Shown here: piece by piece, positions 37,219-45,011 of the stretch | Layout of the letters: each line of letters starts with the position of its first letter | Position numbering within the stretch: the stretch's first letter is position 1 | Source: Candidatus Dormiibacterota bacterium | Lineage (GTDB): Bacteria; Chloroflexota; Dormibacteria; Aeolococcales; Aeolococcaceae | Reading direction: 5' to 3' | DNA length: 64,000 nt | NCBI GenBank assembly: GCA_036732145.1 | Contig: DAINCY010000005.1 | Location: 443-64,442 of the forward strand | Translations under genes and position numbers: made by a program | Notes under the pieces: generated by a model | What the model saw: only the letters and a program-made list of their open reading frames with translations | What the model was told of the DNA's origin: nothing | Database searches by the model: none

Positions 37219-38526
37219 TCAGGGTTCCTTTTGTTCTGGAGGGATAGGACTGCTGCTGCCGCCCGAGATCCACACTGCTCCGACCAGCCCAAGCATGGCC
37301 GCGCAGGAGATTTCGATGGCCACGTCCCAGTGAAACACGCTGGCCGTCCCGAGAGCCCACAGGGCGCCCACCAGCATGCCCGAGTACATCGAAATGAAGA
37401 TGACCGAGTTGTAGCGCCCGATGAATCCTGGCGGGGCGCGGCGCTGAACTTCAGTGATGCCCCATGTGTCGAAGGAGCTTCCTGCAACGGTACTGACTGC
37501 GAGCATGAGCAGCGACACCTGCACAACCGTCGATGCGCTGAAGCCCGCCGTGGCAACGAGCGCAACGGTGATTGCTAGGAAGACGGCGAACCGGGTCCAT
37601 GCGCGCGAAGGTATCCACCGCAGAGCAATCAGGCCGCCGAGTGCTCCGCCCACACCGACGCTGGAATAGAGATAGCCGACGGCAGCGTCGCCACCAAAGC
37701 GTTCATGGGCCGCCACAACCAGCAAGGCTTGAGTGACGGTGACCGTTAGTCCGCTGGCAAAGTTCGCCGCCGCGACCATACGAATTTCGGGTTGCCGCAA
37801 CGCAGACTGAATTGCTCCCAACGCGCTTCCCCGTCGTGATGAGTCCAGCAGGGCGTTCCCGCCGTGGCGCCTCCTGCTCGGGAGGGTCGCGACCAAAAGC
37901 GCGGCGATGGCGAAGGTGGCGGCGTCGATGGCGAAGAGTGGATCTGGCCCAACCCGCGTCAGCAGGGCAGCACCGATTGCTGGAGCGACAAAGATGCTCG
38001 TGCTCAACAAGAGGCCGTAGGTCGCATTGGCACGCGGCAGCTCGCGCTCGCCTACCAGGCTACGAAGTAGCGCACCCTGGCTCGGTCGCCCGAGCGCCCC
38101 GGTGAACTGAGCCACTGCCACAGCGATGTAGATGGCCCAAATCAACCCCGCGCGATGCGAACCAACGAGCGAGACCGTGAGGATCGCCTGGAAGGCTGAT
38201 GTGCCGACCATGACTGCGCGCGGCGATCGTCGGTCGGTCAGATGGCCCCCCAACCAGGGGCCCAGAACGCGTGGAGCCACCCTGACGAGCATGTAGCCGG
38301 CCGGCGCGGCCGGATTGTGGGTCAACTCAAAGAGGACCACCAATAGGGCTACGGTGCTCAGCCAATCTCCGTACAACGACAAGAACATCGCCACAAAGAA
38401 GCGCGTGGCTGGACCGCGGGGACGAGAGACAGATGCCGACGCGGAACCGGAGGTCGCCGATCCGGCGAGGACCGGCAACCCCGAAATCCCCTCAAGGGGA
38501 GTGCCCGGCTCTACGTCAAGTGCCAC
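37219..38526 (-). CDS. MFS transporter
   Basis: 435 aa and about 12 helices with a GTG start. Its codon third positions are visibly more A/T-rich than in neighbouring blocks. Confidence 0.8.
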   Translation of the reverse strand: MALDVEPGTPLEGISGLPVLAGSATSGSASASVSRPRGPATRFFVAMFLSLYGDWLSTVALLVVLFELTHNPAAPAGYMLVRVAPRVLGPWLGGHLTDRRSPRAVMVGTSAFQAILTVSLVGSHRAGLIWAIYIAVAVAQFTGALGRPSQGALLRSLVGERELPRANATYGLLLSTSIFVAPAIGAALLTRVGPDPLFAIDAATFAIAALLVATLPSRRRHGGNALLDSSRRGSALGAIQSALRQPEIRMVAAANFASGLTVTVTQALLVVAAHERFGGDAAVGYLYSSVGVGGALGGLIALRWIPSRAWTRFAVFLAITVALVATAGFSASTVVQVSLLMLAVSTVAGSSFDTWGITEVQRRAPPGFIGRYNSVIFISMYSGMLVGALWALGTASVFHWDVAIEISCAAMLGLVGAVWISGGSSSPIPPEQKEP

Positions 38527-38559
38527 GTCGGCAAGATTCGCAGAGGGACGCCCCCTTGT

Positions 38560-38587
38560 GTGACGTCGACCGTCACCGGTCCGTCAC
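38560..38587. promoter_or_regulatory. GTGACG-tcgac-CGTCAC palindrome plus a third CGTCAC copy 5 nt later; candidate operator
   Basis: Read directly. It lies 34-61 nt upstream of the MFS GTG start (38526) in the 395-nt divergent region. Confidence 0.3.
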
Positions 38588-38921
38588 GACATTGTCCAAG
38601 GGTCCGTTACATCAACGGCCTACCTTGGTGGAACTGACTCCGTCAGGATTTAGCTCCAGGTGTTGCACTGGCACTGGGTATCCCAGGTGGCCATAGAAGT
38701 CCCTCCGTCCAACTGAGCCCGCGCTCAGTACCTGAGGGGACTGTGCGCTACATCGCCCAGCCGAATGGGTGCGGTTGAATCGATCACGGCATTCCACACA
38801 AGATCGTTACCGATTCTTTGCAGTTCTTTACTGTGCTGCGCACCCCAGACGTACACATGGGCGCTCCTCCCTTGTGGCGATCGTGTCGCAAGGCGGCCTT
38901 TGGGAGCCTTCGACCACGACG

Positions 38922-40340
38922 ATGGCCGCGATGGGAGATATCCGCGTCCTGACCTCCATTCGTCGCTTGCGACACCTTCTACCAGATGAAAGGCGACCGG
39001 CGCCGGTGGAGTTCACGCTTCCTCTGATCGTATTCGTCGGCTTGCTGAGCATTCTCAGTATGGCTTTTGCCATCGTCACGTTTGCGCCGGCAAATGATCC
39101 CACCACCGTCGCCCTCGGTGCCGCCGTTGTGTTCGGCGCCGCGTACTGCAGCGTTCGAATGACTGGTGGCGTCGACAGCATCTGGACCGCGAGCGTCTTC
39201 GTTCACCTTGCCCTAACGTTCACGTTCGGACCGCCAGGAGCGTTAGTGGCTTCAATCTCCCAGTCGCTGGGGTACGGCGCGAGGATGAAGACGGGGTGGT
39301 TCCGTGCCACCTTCAACACAGCCAACTACTTCTTGACCGATCTCAGCGCTTGGATCGTGTTCTCGAGCCTGACCCGGCTCAACCACGGGGTTTTGTGGGG
39401 TGCCAGCTCGGCCACGGTCGCCGCCGTTGTCCATTGCGTGGTCAACAACGCGCTCCTGGCCGGCGTCATCGCTCTAGCGTCGGGCCGTACGGTCAACGGC
39501 TGGATGGTCTTCCGGCGATCGATGTCCTCGCTCATCCTCTACAACATTGGCTACGGATGGGCGGCTTACGGCGCCGTTCTCCTATACGGTGTGGCGGGGA
39601 CTGTGGGCTTCACCACCACCCTGCTGCCGATCATCCTGCTCCAAGGGTTCCTAGTTCTCTTAGCGCGCCGCATCAAGGCGCAGGAGCTGGAGCGGGAACA
39701 GCACAGCAAGGAGCGCGAGGCACTGCTCCAGCAGGCGATCGATGCCAGTGACGCCGAGCGGAAGCGGATCGCAAGTGATCTCCACGACGGCGTCGTACAG
39801 ACCCTGGCGGGTCTTGCACTCTCGCTCGCCGCTCGCGGGTCCGGCAATATCGCCGATCCGCAGCTGCTCGAAGCGGCGGGCACCTTGCGCTCATCGGTGA
39901 CGGACCTTCGCACGTTGGTGATCGAGATCGCTCCGCCGGACCTTGCCGAGAGCGGCATTGACAACGCCCTGCGAAGGCTGCTGGAACCGCTGCCGGCGCG
40001 CGGTATCGAGGTCGAGTTCGAGGCGGCGACGGCCACCCACCTTCCGCCCGACAAGACCTCGCTAGTGTTCCGAGTTGCCCAGGAAGCGATCCGCAACGTC
40101 GTCAACCACAGTCAGGCGACCAAGGTGATCACCAGGTTGCGCTATGCCGACGGCGTTGTGACGTTGCGGGTCGAGGACAACGGCCGCGGTTTCTCGTCGG
40201 CGGACCGCTCACGCCGTCGCGAGGAAGGCCACGTGGGCCTGAGTTTGCTGAACAACGCGGTGGAGGCATCGAGCGGTAGGTTGTCGCTGGAAAGCGAGCC
40301 GGGCCGCGGGACCTCGCTTATGCTGACCTTGCCATGCTGA
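38922..40340 (+). CDS. sensor histidine kinase, HisKA_3 (NarX/DesK-type) with polytopic N-terminal sensor domain
   Basis: About 8 N-terminal helices, then a coiled-coil, H-box RIASDLHDGVVQTL, an N-box region (QEAIRNVVNHSQA) and a G-box (GRGTSL). The start is uncertain (ATG 38922 chosen, track start 38769). Confidence 0.85.
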   Translation: MAAMGDIRVLTSIRRLRHLLPDERRPAPVEFTLPLIVFVGLLSILSMAFAIVTFAPANDPTTVALGAAVVFGAAYCSVRMTGGVDSIWTASVFVHLALTFTFGPPGALVASISQSLGYGARMKTGWFRATFNTANYFLTDLSAWIVFSSLTRLNHGVLWGASSATVAAVVHCVVNNALLAGVIALASGRTVNGWMVFRRSMSSLILYNIGYGWAAYGAVLLYGVAGTVGFTTTLLPIILLQGFLVLLARRIKAQELEREQHSKEREALLQQAIDASDAERKRIASDLHDGVVQTLAGLALSLAARGSGNIADPQLLEAAGTLRSSVTDLRTLVIEIAPPDLAESGIDNALRRLLEPLPARGIEVEFEAATATHLPPDKTSLVFRVAQEAIRNVVNHSQATKVITRLRYADGVVTLRVEDNGRGFSSADRSRRREEGHVGLSLLNNAVEASSGRLSLESEPGRGTSLMLTLPC

Positions 40341-40741
40341 ACGCCGACGGAGCTCTGATCCGCGTCCTCATCGTCGACGACCATCCGCTGATGCGCAAGG
40401 GCCTCACCGACATCCTCAGCGGCGCCGAGGGGATCGAGGTCGTGGGGGCGGCGGAGGACGGTGCTGCAGCGGTCGCGCTCGCCTACGCGGTCAAGCCTGA
40501 CATCGTGCTAATGGACATCTCGATGCCCGGAATGGACGGCATCGAGGCAACCGAAAAGCTCGTGGAGATGGATTTACAAGCGCGCGTGGTGGTGCTCACC
40601 TCCTACTCAGAGCGCGAAAAGATCACCCAGGCGCTCGCCGCCGGAGCTGTCAGCTACCTCACCAAGGACGCCCCGCCGGACGCCGTGATCCGTGCCATCC
40701 GCGCGGCAGCGAGCGCGAGGGAGTCCCGGCCGGCCGACTGA
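40334..40741 (+). CDS. receiver-only response regulator (NarL-type REC domain without an HTH output domain)
   Basis: VLIVDDHPLMR, phospho-acceptor region DIVLMDISMPGMDG, VVVLTSYS and YLTKDAPP. The ORF stops after 135 aa, where NarL/LuxR regulators continue into the HTH. It overlaps the kinase stop. Confidence 0.85.
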   Translation: MLNADGALIRVLIVDDHPLMRKGLTDILSGAEGIEVVGAAEDGAAAVALAYAVKPDIVLMDISMPGMDGIEATEKLVEMDLQARVVVLTSYSEREKITQALAAGAVSYLTKDAPPDAVIRAIRAAASARESRPAD

Positions 40742-40868
40742 CCCCAGTGGCCGCTGGGCAATGCCGCGGTCGCCGTGCTGCGCGGCCGCTGACGCCACGC
40801 CTGTGGTGGTGTAGCGTTGGAGTTGCGTCCCCATCACCCATAACCGCCCTTCACGGAGGCTCACCACC

Positions 40869-41000
40869 ATGGCCAGCGAGAAGACTCGAGGCGCGCCAAA
40901 AAAGTCGCAGAAGAAACCGAAGGCTCCCTCGACCGCCAAGGCCGCACGCCGCGAGGCAGCTCGCAAAGCGCACCAGAGCGGGCAGAATCCCGCGGCCTGA
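40869..41000 (+). CDS. candidate 43-aa Lys/Arg/Ala-rich small protein
   Basis: ATG preceded by GGAGG (40855-40859, 9-nt spacing). Translation is MASEKTRGAPKKSQKKPKAPSTAKAARREAARKAHQSGQNPAA. It is below the ORF-track size cut-off. Third positions are mostly G/C. Confidence 0.35.
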   Translation: MASEKTRGAPKKSQKKPKAPSTAKAARREAARKAHQSGQNPAA

Positions 41001-41034
41001 GTGGGAGCAACCGCATCAGCGGCTGCTCGATGTC

Positions 41035-41511
41035 CTAGAGACGCCGGCGGAGGGAGGGAGGAAGGTACCGCGCTCCAGCTCCAACCCTGGCGGCGACGTC
41101 GCCGGGGTTGGACAGCGCGCACCGTCGCAGCGACAGGCAACCGCAGCCGATGCAGGTGGTCAGGCCGTCGCGCAGCGCCACCAACCCCGCGATCTGCTCG
41201 TCGAGCCGCTCTCTCCACAAGCTCGATAGCCGCGCCCAGTCCGCCCTGGTGGGCACCCTCGAATCAGGCAGAGTGGCGAGAGCTGTCCGCACCTCGTCCA
41301 GTGAGAGCCCCACATTCTGCGCGGCTCGCACGAAGGCCAGCCGCCGCAGCACGCTGCGCGGGTAGCGCCGCTGTCCCCCATCGGTGCGGCCTCCGCTGAT
41401 CAGCCCCTCTGTCTCGTAGAAGCGAAGAGCCGAGGCCGCGAAACCGGCACGGCGTGCCACCTCGCCGATGGACAGCAGGTCGGTCGTCCGCGCCGACGCC
41501 CCGCTTGACAT
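41035..41511 (-). CDS. soxR: redox-sensitive MerR-family activator SoxR
   Basis: MerR HTH (LSIGEVARRAGFAASALRFYETEGLI) and the diagnostic [2Fe-2S] motif CIGCGCLSLRRCALSNP. The track ORF was trimmed to ATG 41511. Confidence 0.9.
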   Translation of the reverse strand: MSSGASARTTDLLSIGEVARRAGFAASALRFYETEGLISGGRTDGGQRRYPRSVLRRLAFVRAAQNVGLSLDEVRTALATLPDSRVPTRADWARLSSLWRERLDEQIAGLVALRDGLTTCIGCGCLSLRRCALSNPGDVAARVGAGARYLPPSLRRRL

Positions 41512-41535
41512 GAAGTTCACTTTAACTTCTAGGAT
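41505..41535 (+). promoter_or_regulatory. MerR/SoxR-type promoter: -35 TTGACA, 19-nt spacer containing dyad GAAGTT-N6-AACTTC, -10 TAGGAT
   Basis: Read directly: TTGACA (41505-41510), spacer 41511-41529, TAGGAT (41530-41535). The next gene's GTG is at 41542. The soxR ATG (41511, minus strand) overlaps the -35 element. Confidence 0.6.
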
Positions 41536-41541
41536 GGCGAA

Positions 41542-42273
41542 GTGGCAAGGCAGCACGATTCCGCACCCCCGGCTCCCGTGGCGCTCGTGACAGGTGGCTC
41601 ACGCGGCCTCGGCAGCGCGCTCACCGCCGAGCTCGTCCGCCGGGGCTGGCACGTCGTCGTCGACGGCCGCGACGCCGCCACGCTCGAGGCTGCCACGGCA
41701 CGGCTCGGCCTCGCGGGCTCCGTGACCGCGATTCCCGGCGACGTCGCCGATCCCCTCCACCGACGTCGCCTCGCAGACGCGGTGGCATCGGTTGGCGGTC
41801 TCGACGTCGCCGTCAACAATGCCAGCCTGCTCGGCCCCAGCCCTCAACCGCGACTCGCCGACTATCCGCTGGATGTGCTCGAGGACGTGTACGCGGTCAA
41901 CACCTTCGCCCCTCTGGCTCTGCTCCAGCTTCTCCTCCCCCACCTGGTCCACCGCCAGGGGCGGATCATCAATATCTCCTCGGACGCAGCGGTGGAGGCA
42001 TACCAGCGGTGGGGCGGGTATGGCTCGTCCAAGGCCGCTCTCGATCACATCACGTCGGTGATCGCGGTCGAGCATCCCGAGCTGCTGGTGTACGCGTTCG
42101 ACCCCGGGGACATGCGCACGGACATGCAGCAGCAGGCGTTTCCCGGTGAGGACATCAGCGACCGTCCCGCCCCCGAGAGCGTGGTGCCGGCGCTGATGCA
42201 GTTGATCACCACACGACTTCCCAGCGGCCGGTATCGGGTCGGCGACCTGGCGAATGCGACGGCGTCAGCATGA
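41542..42273 (+). CDS. SDR family oxidoreductase
   Basis: VALVTGGSRGLG cofactor motif, NNAS, and catalytic Y-x3-K (YGSSKAAL). Confidence 0.85.
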   Translation: MARQHDSAPPAPVALVTGGSRGLGSALTAELVRRGWHVVVDGRDAATLEAATARLGLAGSVTAIPGDVADPLHRRRLADAVASVGGLDVAVNNASLLGPSPQPRLADYPLDVLEDVYAVNTFAPLALLQLLLPHLVHRQGRIINISSDAAVEAYQRWGGYGSSKAALDHITSVIAVEHPELLVYAFDPGDMRTDMQQQAFPGEDISDRPAPESVVPALMQLITTRLPSGRYRVGDLANATASA

Positions 42274-43319
42274 TTGCCAGGGTCGCGGCGCGGCGGCCGC
42301 AGACGCGCTTTGTCCTCCCTCACGGTCTGGGGGCGACGTTGCCGCCGGAACGGCGCGGCCTCGCACGCGATGGTGTGCGCCTCCTTGTGGCGGCCCCGAC
42401 CGGCGTGTCACATCGCCGTTTTGCTGATTTGCTTCAATTGCTCGAGGCCGGCGACCTCGTGGTCGTCAACACCTCTGCCACCCTGCCCGCCGCCCTGACG
42501 GCACGGGGCGGCGACGGTCGGGAGGTGCTCGTGCACGTCTCGGGCTGGCTCGACGACTCAGCATGGATCGTCGAGGTGCGGCGGCGCGACAACGACGGAC
42601 CCGATCTGCGCGTCACCACCCACGACATCCTGCACCTCTCGGGAGGGGTGACCCTGACCGTCGCCGGTGCCCATCCGGACCCGGCTGCGGCGGTCTCGCG
42701 CCTCTGGCGGGCCGCGGTTACGCCGCCGACCGAGCTGGCTGCCCACCTCGCGGAGCACGGCCGCCCCATCGTGTACAACCACCTGGCCGGAAGCGTCCCG
42801 CTCGCCGACTTCCAGACCGTCTATGCCGATCAGCCCGGCAGCGCGGAGATGGTCAGCGCAGGACGGCCCTTCACCACTGAACTGCTCGCGCGCCTCGAGG
42901 CCGCCGGCGTGACCGTCGCGCCTCTGACGCTGCACGCCGGCGTGTCCAGCCCTGAGGTTGGGGAACCGCCGGCCCCGGAACGCTACTGGGTCCCGGAGAC
43001 GACTGCCCGGCTCGTGTCCGGCACCCGTGACGCGGGGAGGCGCGTTGTTGCCATCGGCACGACCGTGGTTCGAGCGCTCGAAACCATCGCCGGCGATGTC
43101 CGCGGCGGGAGCGGCTGGACGGACCTGGTCCTCGGGCCCGAACGTCCGGCCCAGGTGGTGACCGGCCTGGTCACCGGCCTGCACCTGCCTGAATCGAGTC
43201 ACCTCCTGCTCCTCGAGGCGGTCGCCGGTCCCGGCCTGGTGCGCGCGGCCTACGCGTCCGCCGTCGAGATGCGCTACCTGTGGCACGAGTTCGGCGACTC
43301 GATGCTCTTCCTTCCCTGA
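42270..43319 (+). CDS. QueA-like S-adenosylmethionine:tRNA ribosyltransferase-isomerase family protein
   Basis: 349 aa. ATGA overlap with the SDR stop. It has LLVAAP..., GDLVVVNTSATLPA, YNHLAG, AIGTTVVRALE and LHLPESSHLLLL, matching the QueA family layout. Confidence 0.75.
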   Translation: MIARVAARRPQTRFVLPHGLGATLPPERRGLARDGVRLLVAAPTGVSHRRFADLLQLLEAGDLVVVNTSATLPAALTARGGDGREVLVHVSGWLDDSAWIVEVRRRDNDGPDLRVTTHDILHLSGGVTLTVAGAHPDPAAAVSRLWRAAVTPPTELAAHLAEHGRPIVYNHLAGSVPLADFQTVYADQPGSAEMVSAGRPFTTELLARLEAAGVTVAPLTLHAGVSSPEVGEPPAPERYWVPETTARLVSGTRDAGRRVVAIGTTVVRALETIAGDVRGGSGWTDLVLGPERPAQVVTGLVTGLHLPESSHLLLLEAVAGPGLVRAAYASAVEMRYLWHEFGDSMLFLP

Positions 43320-43391
43320 CAGCGGACGAGCGTCGTGCGCGCTGCACGTCGCGGTGCATGATTGCCGGTATTCGTCATCGGAGATTGGTTC

Positions 43392-43787
43392 ATGCCGGAC
43401 GGCCAGGGGCACAGCGAGGGAATCGGCGAGCGCGTCAGGGCTGCGCTCGATTCGGCGGACCTCGACGCCATCGCCGACCTCCTCGACCCCGCGGTGCGCT
43501 GGGGAGCACCCGATGACCACGCATTCGACTGCCAGAACCGCAGCGAGGTGCTCGCCTGGTATCAGCGCGGCCGAGACGCCGGCACCCGCGCGCGGGTGAC
43601 CGAGGTCATCGTTCGTGGCGACCGGATGCTCGTGGGCCTGCGGGTCTCTGGCAATGCGGCTGCCAAGCAGGCGGGCGGCGAGATGCAGCGCTGGCAGGTG
43701 ATGACCCTGGCCGGAGAACGCGTCATCGACATCCGCGGATTCGACGATCGCGAGCTGGCTGCCGCGCGGGCCGGCGTTCCCTCGTGA
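43392..43787 (+). CDS. NTF2-like / SnoaL-like fold protein
   Basis: 131 aa from ATG 43392 (GGAGA 8 nt upstream; the track start is TTG 43362). Pattern: LDAIADLLDPAVRWG...VLAWYQRG...V.EVIVRGDRMLVGLRV. Confidence 0.65.
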   Translation: MPDGQGHSEGIGERVRAALDSADLDAIADLLDPAVRWGAPDDHAFDCQNRSEVLAWYQRGRDAGTRARVTEVIVRGDRMLVGLRVSGNAAAKQAGGEMQRWQVMTLAGERVIDIRGFDDRELAAARAGVPS

Positions 43788-44656
43788 CCGCGCCGGCCAT
43801 GGCGATCCACGGCGTCGAGGTCCTGCGCTACACCGCCTTCTCCGACGACCCCTCGGGGGGCAACCCTGCGGGGATCGTGCTCGATGCCGGCGGCCTGGAC
43901 GATCCCACCATGCTCGACATCGCGCGCGTCGTGGGGTACAGCGAGACCGCGTTCCTGTGGCCGCTGGACCGTCCGGGTGAGTACCGGATTCGCTATTTCA
44001 GTCCCGCTGTCGAGGTGCCCTTCTGCGGGCACGCCACCATCGCCTCGGCGGTGGCGCTCGCCGACCAGGGGCGCGGGGGCGAGCTGCGGTTCCAGACGCA
44101 GAGCGGAGAGGTCGCCGTCAGCGTGGGCATCGACGGTGACGGTCGAGCGATGGCCACGCTCACCAGCGTCACCCCAACCGTGACGGGCGTATCCGGGCCC
44201 GTCGTCGCAGAGGCGCTGGCGGCGCTGGGGTGGACCGAGACGGACATCGACCCGCAGCTGCCACCGCGCGTGACCTTCGCGGGCGCGCATCACCTTGTCT
44301 TCGGGGTGCGTTCCCGAGAACTGCTCGCCGCACTCTCGTACGACTTCGAGCGGCTGCGGGCGCTCATGAGCCGCGAGGGCTGGACCACCGCTCAGCTGGT
44401 CTGGCGGGAAGGTCCAACGCAATTTCACGCGCGCGTGCCGTTCCCGGTCGGCGGAGTGGTCGAGGACCCGGCCACCGGCGCCGCCGCCGCTGCTCTTGGC
44501 GCCTACCTGCGCGAGCTCGATCTGGTCCAGCCGCCCGCAACGGTGACCATTCATCAAGGCGATGACATGGGTCGTCCCAGCCTGCTTTCGGTCGGGATCG
44601 ATCCCGGCCGAGGAGGGATTCGCGTCTCGGGGAGGGCGGTCCCACTCCCCGGCTGA
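43784..44656 (+). CDS. PhzF family isomerase-like protein
   Basis: 290 aa with FSDDPSGGNPAGIV, ETAF, FCGHATIA and two-domain DapF-like symmetry. GTGA overlap with the previous gene. Confidence 0.85.
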   Translation: MTAPAMAIHGVEVLRYTAFSDDPSGGNPAGIVLDAGGLDDPTMLDIARVVGYSETAFLWPLDRPGEYRIRYFSPAVEVPFCGHATIASAVALADQGRGGELRFQTQSGEVAVSVGIDGDGRAMATLTSVTPTVTGVSGPVVAEALAALGWTETDIDPQLPPRVTFAGAHHLVFGVRSRELLAALSYDFERLRALMSREGWTTAQLVWREGPTQFHARVPFPVGGVVEDPATGAAAAALGAYLRELDLVQPPATVTIHQGDDMGRPSLLSVGIDPGRGGIRVSGRAVPLPG

Positions 44657-44730
44657 CACCTATGTGAACGCCTGGGTGGTTGAGCCCCAAGGAGGCTGAC
44701 GCCGAGTGTGAACCCCTGGGAGATTGAGCG
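44652..44730 (+). repeat. two imperfect ~35-nt direct repeats (GCTGAC-NCC-NA-TGTGAAC-N-CCTGGG-NGN-TTGAGC), period 43 nt
   Basis: Copy A is 44652-44686 and copy B is 44695-44730. They are identical at 29 of 36 positions by hand alignment. AAGGAGG (44689-44695) lies between the copies. Each copy contains a start-stop pair (ATGTGA 44662-44667, GTGTGA 44706-44711). Confidence 0.6.
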
Positions 44731-44954
44731 TTAAGGATCGGTGTCGCCACCGCATTGGTGCCCAATCATCCTGCGCGGACGTTGGTGTATGGCGCACGAT
44801 GATTCGCGACTTGCATCCGCGCATGATGCAGTCACGGACTTGCGCAGCGGAGCCAACGACATGCAGTTGCTGACAAACCTGACACCGCTCTCTGCCGACC
44901 GGCCAGAGCAGGCCGTGGACTCTGGCGCTGCGTAGCAATCCTCAGCCACTCCTA

Positions 44955-45005
44955 CCAGGGGGAGGGGAGCACACACACCCGCTTCTCTCCCCCACCAAAC
45001 CCTGG
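44955..45005. terminator. long imperfect G/C-rich hairpin between convergent transcription units (candidate bidirectional terminator)
   Basis: CCAGGGGGAGGGGAG...CTCTCCCCCACCAAACCCTGG. The outer pairing is CCAGGG/CCCTGG and the inner pairing is a G-run against a C-run. It starts 6 nt after the stop of the minus-strand aminotransferase. No U-tract. Confidence 0.45.
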
Positions 45006-45011
45006 CCACGG

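Noticed and set aside
38527-38760. Guanidine (ykkC / mini-ykkC) or other known riboswitch upstream of the MFS gene
   Set aside because: Neither strand shows the conserved ykkC core strings or ACGR-loop hairpin pairs as I remember them. The region is kept only as an unexplained structured region.
40742-41034. Possible frameshifted LuxR-type HTH domain of the response regulator (pseudogene hypothesis)
   Set aside because: I translated all three forward frames by eye and found no helix-turn-helix of the LuxR/GerE pattern. The receiver therefore seems genuinely stand-alone, or the HTH was deleted outright.
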